From Laetmonice hystrix (Eukaryota), in NCBI GenBank assembly GCA_965235115.1, contig OZ249436.1, forward strand, positions 31,436,001 through 31,500,000: 64,000 nt of DNA, written 5' to 3'. Positions 25,301 to 37,543 of the stretch are shown here, piece by piece (position 1 is the stretch's first letter; every line of letters starts with the position of its first letter). A program made the translations under genes and the position numbers. Under the pieces are notes generated by a model that was not told the DNA's origin, did no database searches, and saw only the letters and a list, made by a program, of their open reading frames with translations.

Positions 25301-27033
25301 TAAATCGGGAATAGAATGCAAGCTACCCAATACAAGTCAGCAGGATTTAATGTATGCTATATAAATTTGATTCTCTGTAATTTCAGGATCCGAGACTCAT
25401 TTCAAGGTTGTTGTAATCTCACAGAAGTTTGAGAAACTACCCTTGATTAAGGTAAAGCATCCCTGCACGTGCAAATGATTAGCAAGAAATATCCAAAATC
25501 AAGTTTAATTTATTTAGATGATTCCTGAAAAGATCCTTGGGATTCCTCGGGATCACATCTTGCTGTGTATAATCATTGAAACTGACGTATCCTTGAGCAG
25601 AGGTCATTACCTTGCCGAGGGGCAGACTGAAGATGTTGTGAATGTCTCTGGGACACCTTGGCATTGACAGCACACACTCCACACTCCAGTTGTTAGAGTA
25701 ACGTTAAGCCCACCGTCCGTATCTGGGACACCTTGGCATTGACAGCACACACTCCACACTCCAGCTGTTAGAGTAACGTTAAGCCCAACGTCCGTATGTG
25801 GGACACCTTGGCATTGACAGCACACACTCCACACTCCAGTTGTTAGAGTAACGTTAAGCCCACCGTCCGTATCTGGGACACCTTGGCATTGACAGCACAC
25901 ACTCCACACTCCAGCTGTTAGAGTAACGTTAAGCCCAACGTCCGTATGTGGGACACCTTGGCATTGACAGCACACACTCCACACTCCAGTTGTTAGAGTA
26001 ACGTTAAGCCCACCATCCGTATCTGGGACACCTTGGCATTGACAGCACACACTCCACACTCCAGTTGTTAGAGTAACGTTAAGCCCACCATCCGTATCTG
26101 GGACACCTTGGCATTGACAGCACACACTCCACACTCCAGTTGTTAGAGTAACGTTAAGCCCACCGTCCGTATCTGGGACGTGTAAATAAAAGTCGGAAAA
26201 AGTAGGCAAAACAAAAATCAGTCGACCTAGCAGATCCTGGGTCCATAGTGCTGTTAAAGAATAGAACCCGATCCTAGTCCTTCTTTGCATAAACTACTTA
26301 CGGCGGAGCCTTCTGGAAATAGCGTTATTGCTGCGGCATTTCTAACATCTTAAAACTAGAAATGGCAAATGACTAGAAATGATTTTAAAGTAACTAGAAA
26401 TCAAGTGAGGTGGTAGACAATTTATGTAATGTCAGTCAAAGATATAAACATGCATTTGTGAAAGATATTTACCTGTAATGTTTTTGTTGGCGGTTTCCAG
26501 AGGCACCGAATGGTGAACCAAACGCTGCAGGAAGAACTCGGCGCTGGGGTACACGCTCTTTCTATTCTGGTGAGAGGTTGAATTGTACTTACAATAATGG
26601 GTGTATGGAAGCACACCATACAATTCATTGATATTATATTGGGCGTTCTTTTTTTCCAGGTACATGTATTTCCGTTTTATCTGCTCATGAAAACCCCACA
26701 TGTTTTCAAGATGATTAATGTTTCTAAGACGGGCACCAAGATGTCATGGCTGGAGTTATTGATGCCCATTTTGTCCGCCAAATCAAAATTAATCAGTCGT
26801 AAGCAAAGCTCGCCCGATTACAGGGTTATTGGGTCAGTGGTTAGAAAAAGGTCACGCCGCGCTTGTGTATTGCTAATATCAAGGTCACCATGTACGGTGA
26901 AGATATTCCGTTCTGACTTTCTGTGACATTGTTGTGTGTTTGTTTACTGCAGGCCAAGACCCCAGATCAGTGGAGCCAATCCGAGCAGACTGTAGAAAAG
27001 TCGCCACCGTGTCTAGGAGGTTTCGGGCACTAA
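22346..27033 (+). CDS. BOLA1: BolA-like protein 1 with N-terminal mitochondrial-presequence-like extension, 7 coding exons, 139 aa
   Basis: Exons 22346-22370, 23463-23539, 23897-23947, 24105-24156, 25387-25451, 26501-26569, 26953-27033 (420 nt, phases consistent). Protein MSRVIVNKGVGILCRVKVGHTAPTQRFLAMAAAEERPVEGMIRKKLTEEFQPIHLDIINESYMHSVPKGSETHFKVVVISQKFEKLPLIKRHRMVNQTLQEELGAGVHALSILAKTPDQWSQSEQTVEKSPPCLGGFGH carries the BolA motifs SETHFKV, RHRMVN, VHALSI and the BOLA1-type SPPCLGG tail. Confidence 0.93.
22517..22751. mobile_element. Degenerate G/C-tract hAT-like MITE in BOLA1 intron 1
   Basis: CAGGGG... and ...CCCCGATCCACGGCTG ends; flanks CACTG/TACTG (5-bp TSD with one mismatch). Confidence 0.5.
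23463..23539 (+). CDS. BOLA1: BOLA1 exon 2 (GVGILCRVKVGHTAPTQRFLAMAAAE)
   Basis: Pyrimidine tract + CAG acceptor; GAG|GTAGG donor; bridges phase 1 to phase 0. Confidence 0.75.
23897..23947 (+). CDS. BOLA1: BOLA1 exon 3 (ERPVEGMIRKKLTEEFQ)
   Basis: AAG acceptor (NAGNAG, alternative start at 23900); CAG|GTAAG donor. Confidence 0.88.
24105..24156 (+). CDS. BOLA1: BOLA1 exon 4 (PIHLDIINESYMHSVPK)
   Basis: CAG/GTATT boundaries. Confidence 0.92.
24322..24785. mobile_element. hAT-like MITE with 5-bp TSD in a BOLA1 intron
   Basis: TGCAT|CAGGGGCGGATCCAG ... CTGGATCCGCCAGTG|TGCAT. Confidence 0.8.
25387..25451 (+). CDS. BOLA1: BOLA1 exon 5 (GSETHFKVVVISQKFEKLPLIK)
   Basis: CAG/GTAAA boundaries. Confidence 0.93.
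25648..26179 (+). repeat. 75-bp minisatellite, 7 copies, in BOLA1 intron 5
   Basis: Unit CTGGGACACCTTGGCATTGACAGCACACACTCCACACTCCAGTTGTTAGAGTAACGTTAAGCCCACCGTCCGTAT, recurring at 25651, 25726, 25801, 25876, 25951, 26026 and 26101. Confidence 0.97.
26501..26569 (+). CDS. BOLA1: BOLA1 exon 6 (RHRMVNQTLQEELGAGVHALSIL)
   Basis: CAG/GTGAG boundaries. Confidence 0.93.
26953..27033 (+). CDS. BOLA1: BOLA1 last exon (AKTPDQWSQSEQTVEKSPPCLGGFGH*)
   Basis: CAG acceptor; TAA at 27031-27033; AATAAA signals near 27270 and 27337. Confidence 0.93.
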   Translation, partial: AKTPDQWSQSEQTVEKSPPCLGGFGH

Positions 27034-27679
27034 TCCTATCATTTTTAAATCCTGAAATCATGTTTACAAACCCACCCGCTAGGGTTTATCAGCAGGGAAA
27101 ACATTCATATCAGTTCGATACTTTGATGCATGGCAATCACAGGACTGCAAATAAACCAGCTGGGATTTGAGAACGTGTGAAACTATTCATCGCTCCGTTG
27201 TATTATGAGTTCTAATGGTTCTGGTGGCATTCGATCGTACGGTCGCTGTTTATGAATGTGAGAGTTTACAATAAAATTATGAGAAGATCGGTAAAAATAA
27301 TATCATTGTACAGATACTGATTAATATTATTATGGAAATAAAATCTATTGCGTCTCAGTATTTTGTATCATCCATAGCAACTATTTTTCTTTGACACGCC
27401 TTATGACTTAATGTACATGTAGGCCTACTTAAAGGAGGCTAGCACCAGACGGGGGTGTCAAACTTCTAGACCGTAAATGCTGGCAAGGAAGCGGAACCAT
27501 CACAGGATAAACATTATTGGGTGTTAATGTCAGGTGATGAGCAGACACTCCTGAACTGACTTGTGAAATAATGGCCTTGTGCAGAACCTGAGCATGATGG
27601 TAATAGATCAGCTCGGATCCCTAGAGACTTGCGCCCTCTGGTGTGTTGAAATGACATTGCCCGGCTTTCATCCCTGCGA

Positions 27680-27850
27680 GGGTCCAGGTGGCGCAGTGCT
27701 AAGGGCGAGGGATCTTTGTTCCAAAGGTTATGGGTTCGAACCGCGGCCTCGCCGGACTTTCCTGCATAGCAGTGCTGTCGAATATATTAATGTGTTCTGT
27801 GGTGAGAGCGTAACGCCGGACATAATACACAGGACCCTATACACATACCG
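27680..27850 (+). mobile_element. tRNA-derived SINE-like element
   Basis: A-box TGGCGCAGTGCTAAG and B-box GGTTCGAACC at tRNA spacing, no intact cloverleaf; 3' boundary approximate. Confidence 0.5.
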
Positions 27851-28162
27851 ACCCGACTCAACTCAAATCCATCCAACTGTTTTTTATGCATTGACCCCCC
27901 CCCCCCCCCCCCCATTCCGCCAGCTACGGTGGTCGAATGAAGTCGGGTTGGGCGAGACGGTATGTGGTTTTCAATGCATAAAACTTGTTGGAAGTAGTTG
28001 AGTCGGTTTGGAGCCTACGTGTCAGACTGGCTTTAGAAAAAGGAATTTGAAAATCTCCATAAAATTTTAGTTAACATGCGTGTTGGGATATGGAAGGTGA
28101 AGTTTGGGTAGCTGTTTTACGCCCCAGCAACGGCCATGGAATAAGGGCGGATTGAACCCTGA

Positions 28163-30857
28163 TGCCCGATTTCCACCAGACGCGAGCGAGCGATTTGTTT
28201 TCGTGCGCGGGCGCGTCAAAAGTAGAAATATTTTAAGGCCCGTTTTCCATGTAGGGGCCTATGCGGAAACCCGCGCGGAAAAGTCGATATAAGAGATAGT
28301 GTTGCATTCCATGTGAGCGTTATCATGTGCAAGTGGCACTCGCGCGAGAAAAAAAGTCGATGAGCGACTGAGACGCGCGCGTGCATGGTTATAGTGAAAC
28401 ATGATATTTCCCGCGATTTTTACCGACATCATTCAAATTATACCCTGGAATGGGGGCGGAGAACCCCGTGCTATTTTGGTCATTTGTCTCGCGCGCGAGA
28501 TGCAGTCACATGGAAATGGTTCCACACGCCTGCGATTCCTCGAGCGTGTAGATCTACACGGGCGCGGAAACGCGTACGGCGGAAAACGGGCCTACTGGGG
28601 CTGCCACACCTTGCCGGATAAACGGACATCCGACGGAAAGCCAAATTTTCAAAAATTCTCGTTCGCCAAATGCGTTCCTTGTCAGGCGAGGTCCGTTCAA
28701 TCCGGAGAAACGTTTTGTGCTGTATCCGTTTTGTCCGGAGTTCGTGCGTTCCTCGTCCTGAACTGGTCCAAAACGGACAACGTAGATCCCCCGGGGTATT
28801 ATGTATATACACACTTGACTTCCCTGTCTCACTCCCTCATTATCCTTCTTGCATGACATGGGTGAGGACGCTTGGGACCTTGAGGAAATTCTTCAGTACT
28901 AGGTCTATCATGGAGAGTCGTGTGAGACTCCGCCTCCAGTGTCAAGTGGCTAGATGCCAACCTGAACATCTATGCCCATGAACAGAACAGTAGAGTAATT
29001 TTTATGCGCATTTTTTTGTATTTTGTGTCATTTCTTGTAAAATCGAGGGGTAGAAACATAGTTAACCTGCTCCATAAAGTGCTGAAGTTGTTTCTGAAAT
29101 GGAATAGATGTATTGTTTTGAATCTTTTCTTTGAGTTTAGATCAGATTCTGAGGAGAGTAATGGCGTGATAATGAGAGACTCTACGTCATTCGTCATGAT
29201 GTCCTCTGGGGCAAAAAGCCCACAATGGGCCCAGTGTGGGCCTTTTGTCTCAATAGTGGGCCTTTTGCCCCAGTGATGGTGTTAAGGACTTCGGATTAAT
29301 GGTTTTCTCATGATATATTACTTTCATATGGTTTTCGGCATAAAAACAAAAATAGCTTATTCGGAAGCGTTATTTTTAAAAAATAGAAGGGTGGGCGTTT
29401 TACCCCTGGGAGGTGGGCCTTTGGCAAAAGGCCTTTTTTTGAGAAAATATTTCATTGACTCCCATGAACAGACGTATCATTCTTCCTAAGATTTAATGCA
29501 TCCGATTTCTAGGAATAATCATTCACATTTCCCCTATATGCAATTCAATCAATAGAAGTGACTATTTAGTGTGCTATGAGCAAAGATGCTTAAGGTGGGC
29601 GTCTTGCCCCATGTTACTCTAACCATTATGATAAACTTTTAAACTTTTATAAACTTTTATGATAAACAAAACAATGTGTTATTTTTTCTCTAGTCCAGAC
29701 TATTCTTTCTCACTGGATGTACTAAAATGTAACAAAACATCATATTATGGAGTCACTTTGGTTATTGCAATCGCAACATCTCGGGCTTTACGTACGCAAA
29801 ACACCGCGAATGTATTTCGGGCGCTGCCATGTTGAAACTACTTCCAGTCACATGATTCGATGGGGTCATGTGACCGGCGATGGCAGGTTTCTAGACAACG
29901 CCAACTCCGTTACTGTATTTTTGTTGCTTGAAATTGCTGGAATTTGGTAGGCAATAACAAATATGTTACGCTTGAACTGAAATAGTCTGTAAACTTCGCA
30001 ACATGTAGGCTATGCTTAGCCCGAGCCTGGAGCTCAGGCAGGCCAGACATGCTACAAGATGCATTTGGGATTTCCTTGGGCATGACGTCATGACCGCGGG
30101 ATTCCCGATTGGTATCGATGCTGAGGGCAACGATAAACATCTTCCGGATTCGCGGATTTCAACTTTTTTGAGACTGAAATTTGTGTTAAAATCCCACTTC
30201 AATACTACCGGATTACTTAGCAGGGCGGTAGAACATGAGTGGTGATGTAACCTCACAGGCGTTTAGCGCTTGTGGCTTTGGGCCTGTCTTACATCCGAGG
30301 ATATTTCGCAACCGGAAATGAAATGACCTCGGACGTTCCATTGGCATTGTGGTTATTGTTGAACTGGCACTCAGTACACTTAAGACGATTACAGGTGATA
30401 CAACAAAGGGCGTTACGACTTGTAGGCTACTGTCTCACTTTTAATTATCATTGCCACCTCTCCCAGGTTTGGCAGGTCATGACCTGAACATGACCTGAAC
30501 AAATACGTTCAAAGAACGTTTTGTCAGTTTCGCTAGCGTTCTGCTTTCGTTTTTGTCCAGTTCTTGTTCATTACTCGTACAGTAGTGTCCGTTAGATTGG
30601 CCGGTAATTGTTCTGTACTTTTCCGGTAATTGTGCGGTCATTGTGCATTTTATCAGCTCCATTCAGCAACGGATAAGACTTTCACCACCGGATGATTATT
30701 TTTGACAAAGTTTCTGTCCGTCGCACGTCCGGTTATATGTTATCCGGCAAGGTGTGACAGGTCCATAGGCCTATACAATGTATATGCTATTTCTACTTTT
30801 GACACGCACGCGCGCACCAAAACAAATCGCTCGCTCGAGTCCAGTGGAAATCGGGCA
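28163..30857. mobile_element. PIF/Harbinger-like non-autonomous element with nested insertions
   Basis: ~70-bp TIR TGCCCGATTTCCACCAGACGCGAGCGAGCGATTTGTTTT...AAAAGTAGAAATA, inverted copy at ~30788-30857; TNA flanks. Confidence 0.75.
28597..30764. mobile_element. Second Harbinger-like element nested inside the first
   Basis: GGGGCTGCCACACCTTGCCGGATAA ... TTATCCGGCAAGGTGTGACAGGTCC. Confidence 0.6.
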
Positions 30858-32125
30858 TCAACGTAATTCCTCGAGAACTGGATGTACCTTGATTCCTAAT
30901 TAGCTAACCCCCCCCCCCCCCCCCCCAAGGCAGATCTTGTCCCACTTAGACCCATCCACCATCCCCGAGACATGCAGCCACCTACACGTTACAAGTTTCA
31001 GCCGTGTTGTGATGCTGTTGTCAGAGCAATCATTCAGGCCTAGCTCTTTATTCAGACAAGTGAGATCTACTCGCTACAGACCTACGTTAGCTAAATATAT
31101 GCTTCAATAACGGATGCTTCACTCTATCTCGCACATGCGCAGCCAATGATGAGCACCGGTGACTTCATATATATCCATGTATATCAAGTCTCTGAAATAC
31201 AGGCTGGATAAAAATAGTAACAGTGGCACCAATGGCCTGAACAAAACTAAGGGTGTCGGCTACGTCCTCATTAACTGACGCAACTAAATGAGGAACGTAA
31301 CACTGTCTCAACACGTTAACGATCTGACCAGTATCTAGATACAAAAAGGGCGAGATCACTTTAAAACTTTACATCAGCCAAGAATATATTATTAATATAT
31401 TGCTGCACTCTAGTGTAGAGGCGTATTATATCCCAAGGGTGCTATACCGAGAGCGGCTTTAGACCTACTTACAAACAAGCGGACTTCTTCAACCAGACTT
31501 ATTTAACATTACATTATATCGCGATGCATGTTAAAGCTCTAGTTTTACTATAACAGTGGTCCTATTCACATGCACACAGTTGGACACTCCCTGAAAGCAC
31601 ATACGGGAGATTCGAGATCAGGAGGTTTCCCTTCTTTTGGGCGGCGGCAAGTCCTGGAAACAAACCAGGAAACAGAAAGTGTCTGTCTTGACATGGTGGA
31701 GACGAGTGCCACTTCACGAGGTGTTGTTCTCCGAGTGGCTCTATCTATCCGATCACATGGGGCAAAAATATCCTGAGACACCCCGTGGGAAGGGTGCTCC
31801 CTTTTCTTCCTGTCTACGTGGACCGATCTAGTCATGATGTGGTGGAAATCATTTGCCGTCCTACTTTTCCTATCAAGGCATAGGTAGAAATTGCAGTCAG
31901 CTGCCTATGCGTGGAGTGAGACATCCGGCCTATAGGCAAATCATCTCGAGGAAATGATTTCCTTTCTTCAATACTGCGAATTCCTGTCGGCCCCACGAAG
32001 TCAATACACTCCAGACATTCGGAACAGGTACTCGTATTATTGATTCCCACAGTGGGATTACACCGGCGCGAGTTGAGACCATATAGCACATTGTTAGCTA
32101 TTGTTCCTATAGCAAAAACGAATGA

Positions 32126-32328
32126 TCAAATCCATTTGTTGTGAATGGCATTTTTTATCATCGACTTCAGCAACCGATAACGCTGCACTACAATGTACCT
32201 CTTCGAGGCCTCGTACTGCCGTTCCATTTGCTCTATAAGGTCCTTCATCATCGATATCTTCCTCTGGTACTCTTTGATTTGTTCTTGGAGACCTTCGTTT
32301 TCCTGCGAAATGTCGTCCGCCGAAAGGC
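32126..32328 (-). CDS. Terminal exon of the same uncharacterised protein (repeat 2)
   Basis: TGTTTCAG acceptor, phase 1; GLSADDISQENEGLQEQIKEYQRKISMMKDLIEQMERQYEASKRYIVVQRYRLLKSMIKNAIHNKWI*. This frame is absent from the ORF track and aligns without gaps to the upstream exon. Minus-strand AATAAA at 31047-31052. Confidence 0.85.
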
Positions 32329-32989
32329 CTGAAACAGGACAAATTTATGAGGCTTAAGTAAGGCATTTGTGAGGCATTAGTACGATAGCTGTTCTAATGT
32401 ACTGCGGCATTGACCTTCGGCTTCAAAAGGCCAGAGGGGAGTCTTAAAGTCACAAGAGAAGTAAGCCTGATTGGTGCTCTGTGAGGTCGCCGGATTGAAA
32501 CCTTTTCGCAAGCGATTTTAGTAAACTAGCGCACTAAAAGGAGATACCCCTTACATGGGTAGATCACTAGGATAGTATATCTAAAGGCTAATAAATGACC
32601 TTTGCACCCCAAGCTTTACTGACGTTCCTGTTTCAGACATAGCTCTGTGACACCCCTATAATTAGGAAGGAGGACGGCCAGGGTGGATTTTTACCTTGAC
32701 GTGTCTACCTGTTATCCTCCATAGGTCTAATTGTAACCAGGGGAGTCCCGCCTTGCAGGTTTCAAGAGAAACTATTAAAACAAGCAGTTGTTTTTGACCG
32801 ATGTTTTCGTAACATATCCCTGCAGGATTTATTGTTTTCCGAGTTTGGTATGCATGCGTATACATAGCTTTTGAATTACATTGCCAGGGGTGTGGCACAT
32901 ATACATAGGAGGTTAGCCAAGTGCACAGGCGCCACATAAAGAAAATGCCCTGGGGGCCTGCAGCATGAACACACGGCAAAACCGTTTAA

Positions 32990-33439
32990 AGGGAGGGTAA
33001 ACACACACGGCAAATAAGGTTTCGTAGATCAAATGGAACACCAGCATTTATCTCAGGGCAATAAATGCCACAATTACGTTGTCTGAATGAAGTAATTAAC
33101 GTGTAACTGCCCGATGTGTGACGCCGCTGGTTCTGACCTTGACCTGCTTGTGTATTCATCAAAGCCGAATGCTGCACACCACGGCATATTGCGTAACATT
33201 ACGTGTTACTCTTCTCACAGACCTTGCCTACACGATGTTTGGAGTCCCAACGTTTGTAAACGTCCGAGGTGATGAACACACAAGCAGAGCAAGGTTACAG
33301 CCAGCGGCGTCACACATCGGGCAGTTACACGTTAATTACTTCATTCAGACAACGTAATTGTAATTTATTGCCCTGAGGTAAATGCTGGTGTTTCATTTGG
33401 TCTACGAAACCTTATTTGCCGTGTGTGTTTCCCATCCCT
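32990..33439. mobile_element. Kolobok-like foldback MITE
   Basis: TTAA|AGGGAGGGTAAACACACACGG ... CCGTGTGTGTTTCCCATCCCT|TTAA; inverted arms ~170 bp. Confidence 0.85.
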
Positions 33440-35484
33440 TTAATGCAATACTCTTTGCAGGGGTTCCACGTATTGCCGCATGTGGCTTCTGTGCGGTACT
33501 GGTCCATGACATGGAGTGGTCCTTTTACAAACTGTGGAAGTAGAGGTGCGAAATGTAAAGAGATACGATGGGTAGACCTATAGCACAATGTATATTCAGG
33601 AAACGGTTGGTGGGTTTTGATGGAAGACAATTCACTCGTTCCATAACCTTCGTCCTGCTCCGTAGGCTACTGAAATATCTAGTGTCGTGTGTATTCTTTT
33701 GTGGTGATGTTTCTCCATACATTGTGTCTGATTTTCTTTTTCTCATGTTTTATGCCAGGGAACTTATTTCGTTAACCCAAGAACAAAATCAATGTCAATT
33801 TCTTTAAGGTTTTGCACACAAGTAAACACAGTATTCTATATCTATTTAATATATCCGGTAGGAAACAGCTGCATGGTTTTTCCAGGGACTGAGCGGACAA
33901 GGAGGCGTGGGACGAGGTGTGAGCCTTTCATCTTTCGTTCTGTAAATGAACGAGAGGTAGCCAAAGAGGCTGTCTTGAAACCATCAGGTGCATGGCCCCG
34001 GAAACGTGTATCTTTGTGGTTGAGAATGCACAGGCATTCAGACTGAGGAAGGAAGGAACTCGATCGTTTGATGTTACTGGTACTTTCCTGCCCACTAACG
34101 TGCCCTTCTGTTCCGTATAATTGGCCCGCGCACAGCTCATCGCCTTCGTATGAACCGTGCCTCTTTTGCATTTTTGTCAGCTAGGCCTATACATTTCATG
34201 TGAACCATGCGTTTTTTTATGATCGATTTCCACCGGACGTTTTGGTGCGCGCGCGACTACAGAAGAAATAGTAGTACATGCACCACGGCATTCGGCCCAC
34301 CTCGGGACTGTTCGGGACATTCCTCTCGGCCATCGCACGGTCGTCGCCGTGTTGGATCTACTTTTATCACGTGATACAGTGATCAAAATGGGACCGACTT
34401 TCCATATTCCTTTCTCTTTTGCAAGCAGACTGCTTTATCAAAGGCCGGCCGTTTCACGGTACGTCTATCTGGAGGGGCACGTTAAAGATCCCTTGGTATC
34501 GAAAAGAGTAGGGGTTCGCCCCGGTGCGCAGTTTTCTTTCTATCATCTCATCGTTGTCACCCAATGGATTTCACGGACTGAGTTAGTTAACCATAACTAC
34601 TCACTCACTCCCTCATTCCCTTTTGCAACGTTGCAAGGGGTTAACCCATGCACCACCTTCTCTTTCTGTCGCCATGGACAAAATAAAAAAAAATCTTCAT
34701 AAGAATCATCCGAAATATTGGCCTGCGGATGTCCAGGCAGAGTTATATACATGTACTAGATATATGACACTAGATGCGCCGGTGGAAAAGCTCAAAACTG
34801 TCCACTGCGTTGATCAAGAAACGCTCGCGCGACAGAAGGTCAGTTTTAGCAACGAAGATCAACATGCCATGCTATAGCTGGCATCCCTCCCCAACACTCA
34901 TTATATCTAACCATAATCTGATTCAGGCATCAAGAAATCAATTAATTATTTCAGGTTCTATTTAAACCAGCCTGATTATAGCCTACAAACGCTGCAGTTC
35001 GCAAGTCCTCAATTATTCTTGACAAGGGGTAATTTTTCTCTAATATGATTTTTAAGGTTTTGGTTATTGTATTGACACTAATTGTAACTAAATAGCCGCA
35101 GTATTCGTGGGTGTAGGCCTACATGTACAATGGACAACCCACTTTAACGACCAGAAGCCTGGGCTGTCCGAGCATGAATGAGTGTGAAGCACTTTGTGAA
35201 GACAGCAGTGAAGTAGGACCCACAATTTTACTTGGCGACATGAGAAGGTGAACGTTCGGCCAAGTGTACTCGGACCACCATACAACGGCAAACCTTCTGT
35301 ACAACGTTATCCCCACTCATATCCCAACTCATACAGGTACAGGGACACTCATATACAGGGGACATAAAACTGCCGACACGACTCTGCCAATAAACCACCG
35401 CTGTATTCTGAGGAGGAGTGTAATGGAGCAGAGAGAGATTCGAGCAAGCTATGCGAGTTGAGAGAGCTACTGTACATAGCTGTT

Positions 35485-35823
35485 ACCTTGATAAGGCCAA
35501 GTATATTGGATATATACCCGTAGGCTACCATATTCAAACCACCTTGATAAGGCCAAGTATATTGGATATATACCCGTAGGCTACCATATTCAAACCACCT
35601 TGATAAGGCCAAGTATATTGGATATATACCCGTAGGCTACCATATTCAAACCACCTTGATAAGGCCAAGTATATTGGATATATACCCGTAGGCTACCATA
35701 TTCAAACCACCTTGATAAGGCCAAGTATATTGGATATATACCCGTAGGCTACCATATTCAAACCACCTTGATAAGGCCAAGTATATTGGATATATACCCG
35801 TAGGCTATACCATATTCAAACCA
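35485..35823 (+). repeat. 56-bp minisatellite, 6 copies
   Basis: Unit ACCTTGATAAGGCCAAGTATATTGGATATATACCCGTAGGCTACCATATTCAAACC, near-identical copies. Confidence 0.97.
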
Positions 35824-36599
35824 CAATTATTGTGAACGCAGTTGATAGTTATTTGATAACTATCATGGCAACAGGGATAACCATGAGTATATGAGAACAA
35901 TAAAACAACTAACAGTAATATCGATACGTATAGGACTAAAAGGGGGAAATTAAGTAGAACCACGGAGAAAACACACAGGGTCGAGAAATTCTATAACATA
36001 TAGTAAATAATCTAAACCTTGGCATTCATCTGAAATTGTATCCGTTCTAAGATAGATTGTAAGCCAATACAGGAGCCATGCTTTAGAGTATCAAATACGT
36101 GGCAGCCTACTTGGCACCTATGTCGTCGCCCGAGAGTCGTCAACGTCATTTACACGCTGGGAAGGTCATTTACAAGGGACCTTTACACTCCATCAAGAAG
36201 GCTTCACCGCGATGGTTTCCAGATGGGGAATTCATCTCATGTCAATTTGATGAGATTTGGCCGGGTCATGTGAGGATTCCTGTGCCAACCGGATTCAACC
36301 ACTTCTAGTGGGCCTTGCGTCATGAGAAGCGGGTTTGTCAAAGGTGCTCAGCGATACAAGCAAGGCTCGGGTAGGAGTCTGTTGTAACCTTCTTACTGAA
36401 TGACTGCGTGCTATCATCATAAAACCAAGTTTCCTATCGGTTGATATGGTATTCTATTCTGATGGCTGAAAGGTTCGATTAATAATTCCCCTATTCACGT
36501 TTCATTCCGATTCTGACATTGTACGAGATCTAGCTGCTACGATATTTTATAAAGCTTGAATTTATTTCAGGGAATGTCGCGCCAAATCGTGTAACTTAA

Positions 36600-37543
36600 A
36601 GGAGAAGTCCAGTCAAAAATCACATTTGGACAGCTGCAAGGCCTCTATATATACTCACCTTTCAGAGTAGTGGTTGGAAATAAATGTCCCCCCATTCCAA
36701 GAAGTCATATGTTGAACATGACAGCCGTGTCAAAATCACTGGTTTCAGCGGCGCAGCCATTTGTTGGGCTGGCCGGAAGTAAGTGACGTTCTTGTGCCCA
36801 TCTATTGCATGCCGGGGCTAGGCTAGACTAGGCTAAAGACGGCCGAGGCGGGTGGGCAAATCGACGGGGGTCAGTCACAGTCACAGTCACAGTCACAACT
36901 AAATGCAACAGGTCTGTGCTGACCACAGGAGTCTGACTCCTGACTGACACTGCATGCCAGTGCCCGCGAGTGGGGCGCCGTGCCAGACGGGGCTGAGCTC
37001 CGTCAACATCACACCTCCGAGCGGGACGAATTGAATGCAGGCGGCCGAAACCCACGGCTGCCCAGATCCGTGTCCACCCTGATATATCCCCTGACATCGG
37101 TAGGCTTAATTCCTAGCCATTTCTCATCACTACGATCGATGGTTTTCGTCTATGTTCTAACACATTTTGATTATAAGCTGTCAACGTTCGCTACCTTTCG
37201 AATCGCTCAACGCAACAGGTGCGTCAGTTTTTCGTTCCTCCCAAACTGGAGAGCAGTGGTCGAGCTAGCCTGGTGCTCGGTCTAAACACTACGGATGCGT
37301 CTGGTAGGCACAGGGGACCAGGCTATGGTCGAGCATGCGCAGTTTGAGATTAGCCCAAGGAGCAGACGCTATGGCGGCCAACACCAGCGGAGCAGGCTCT
37401 AAGCAGGCTCCGGCACTATATATATGCATATACATATATATCTTAACTATTTGAGCACCAATTGTGTTCAAATCTTTTTTAAATTGCTTAGAATATCACG
37501 GCCTGTGTGCCTGGCCTGTACACACTGGCGGTGGACGTTTCTT
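36600..37543 (+). mobile_element. Kolobok-like non-autonomous element, copy 1
   Basis: TTAA|AGGAGAAGTCCAGTC ... GTGGACGTTTCTT|TTAA; highly similar to 59593-60419 and 60424-61180. Confidence 0.88.
37266..37325 (+). mobile_element. 60-bp AcademH-like mini-element nested in Kolobok copy 1
   Basis: TGGTCGAGC|TAGCCTGGT ... ACCAGGCTA|TGGTCGAGC (9-bp TSD); copy 3 shows the empty site at ~60974. Confidence 0.88.

Noticed and set aside
25607..26290. 227-aa Cys-rich repeat ORF, and a possible CRISPR-like array
   Set aside because: Contiguous 75-bp tandem units with no unique spacers, no cas genes, and a eukaryotic intronic setting; the ORF is a by-product of unit length.
27680..27760. tRNA gene
   Set aside because: A and B boxes are present, but the acceptor/anticodon stems do not pair convincingly and there is no oligo-T terminator; treated as a SINE head. 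A similar tRNA-like patch on the minus strand at ~42135-42205 was rejected for the same reason.
32094..32366. Track ORF with 'QQMDLIIRF' resembling a hAT transposase motif
   Set aside because: A different minus-strand frame over the same bases has a proper acceptor, matching phase and clear repeat homology to the 52.6-kb exon; the resemblance is coincidental.
35485..35823. 56-bp repeat as a CRISPR array
   Set aside because: Units are identical end to end with no spacers; an ordinary minisatellite.
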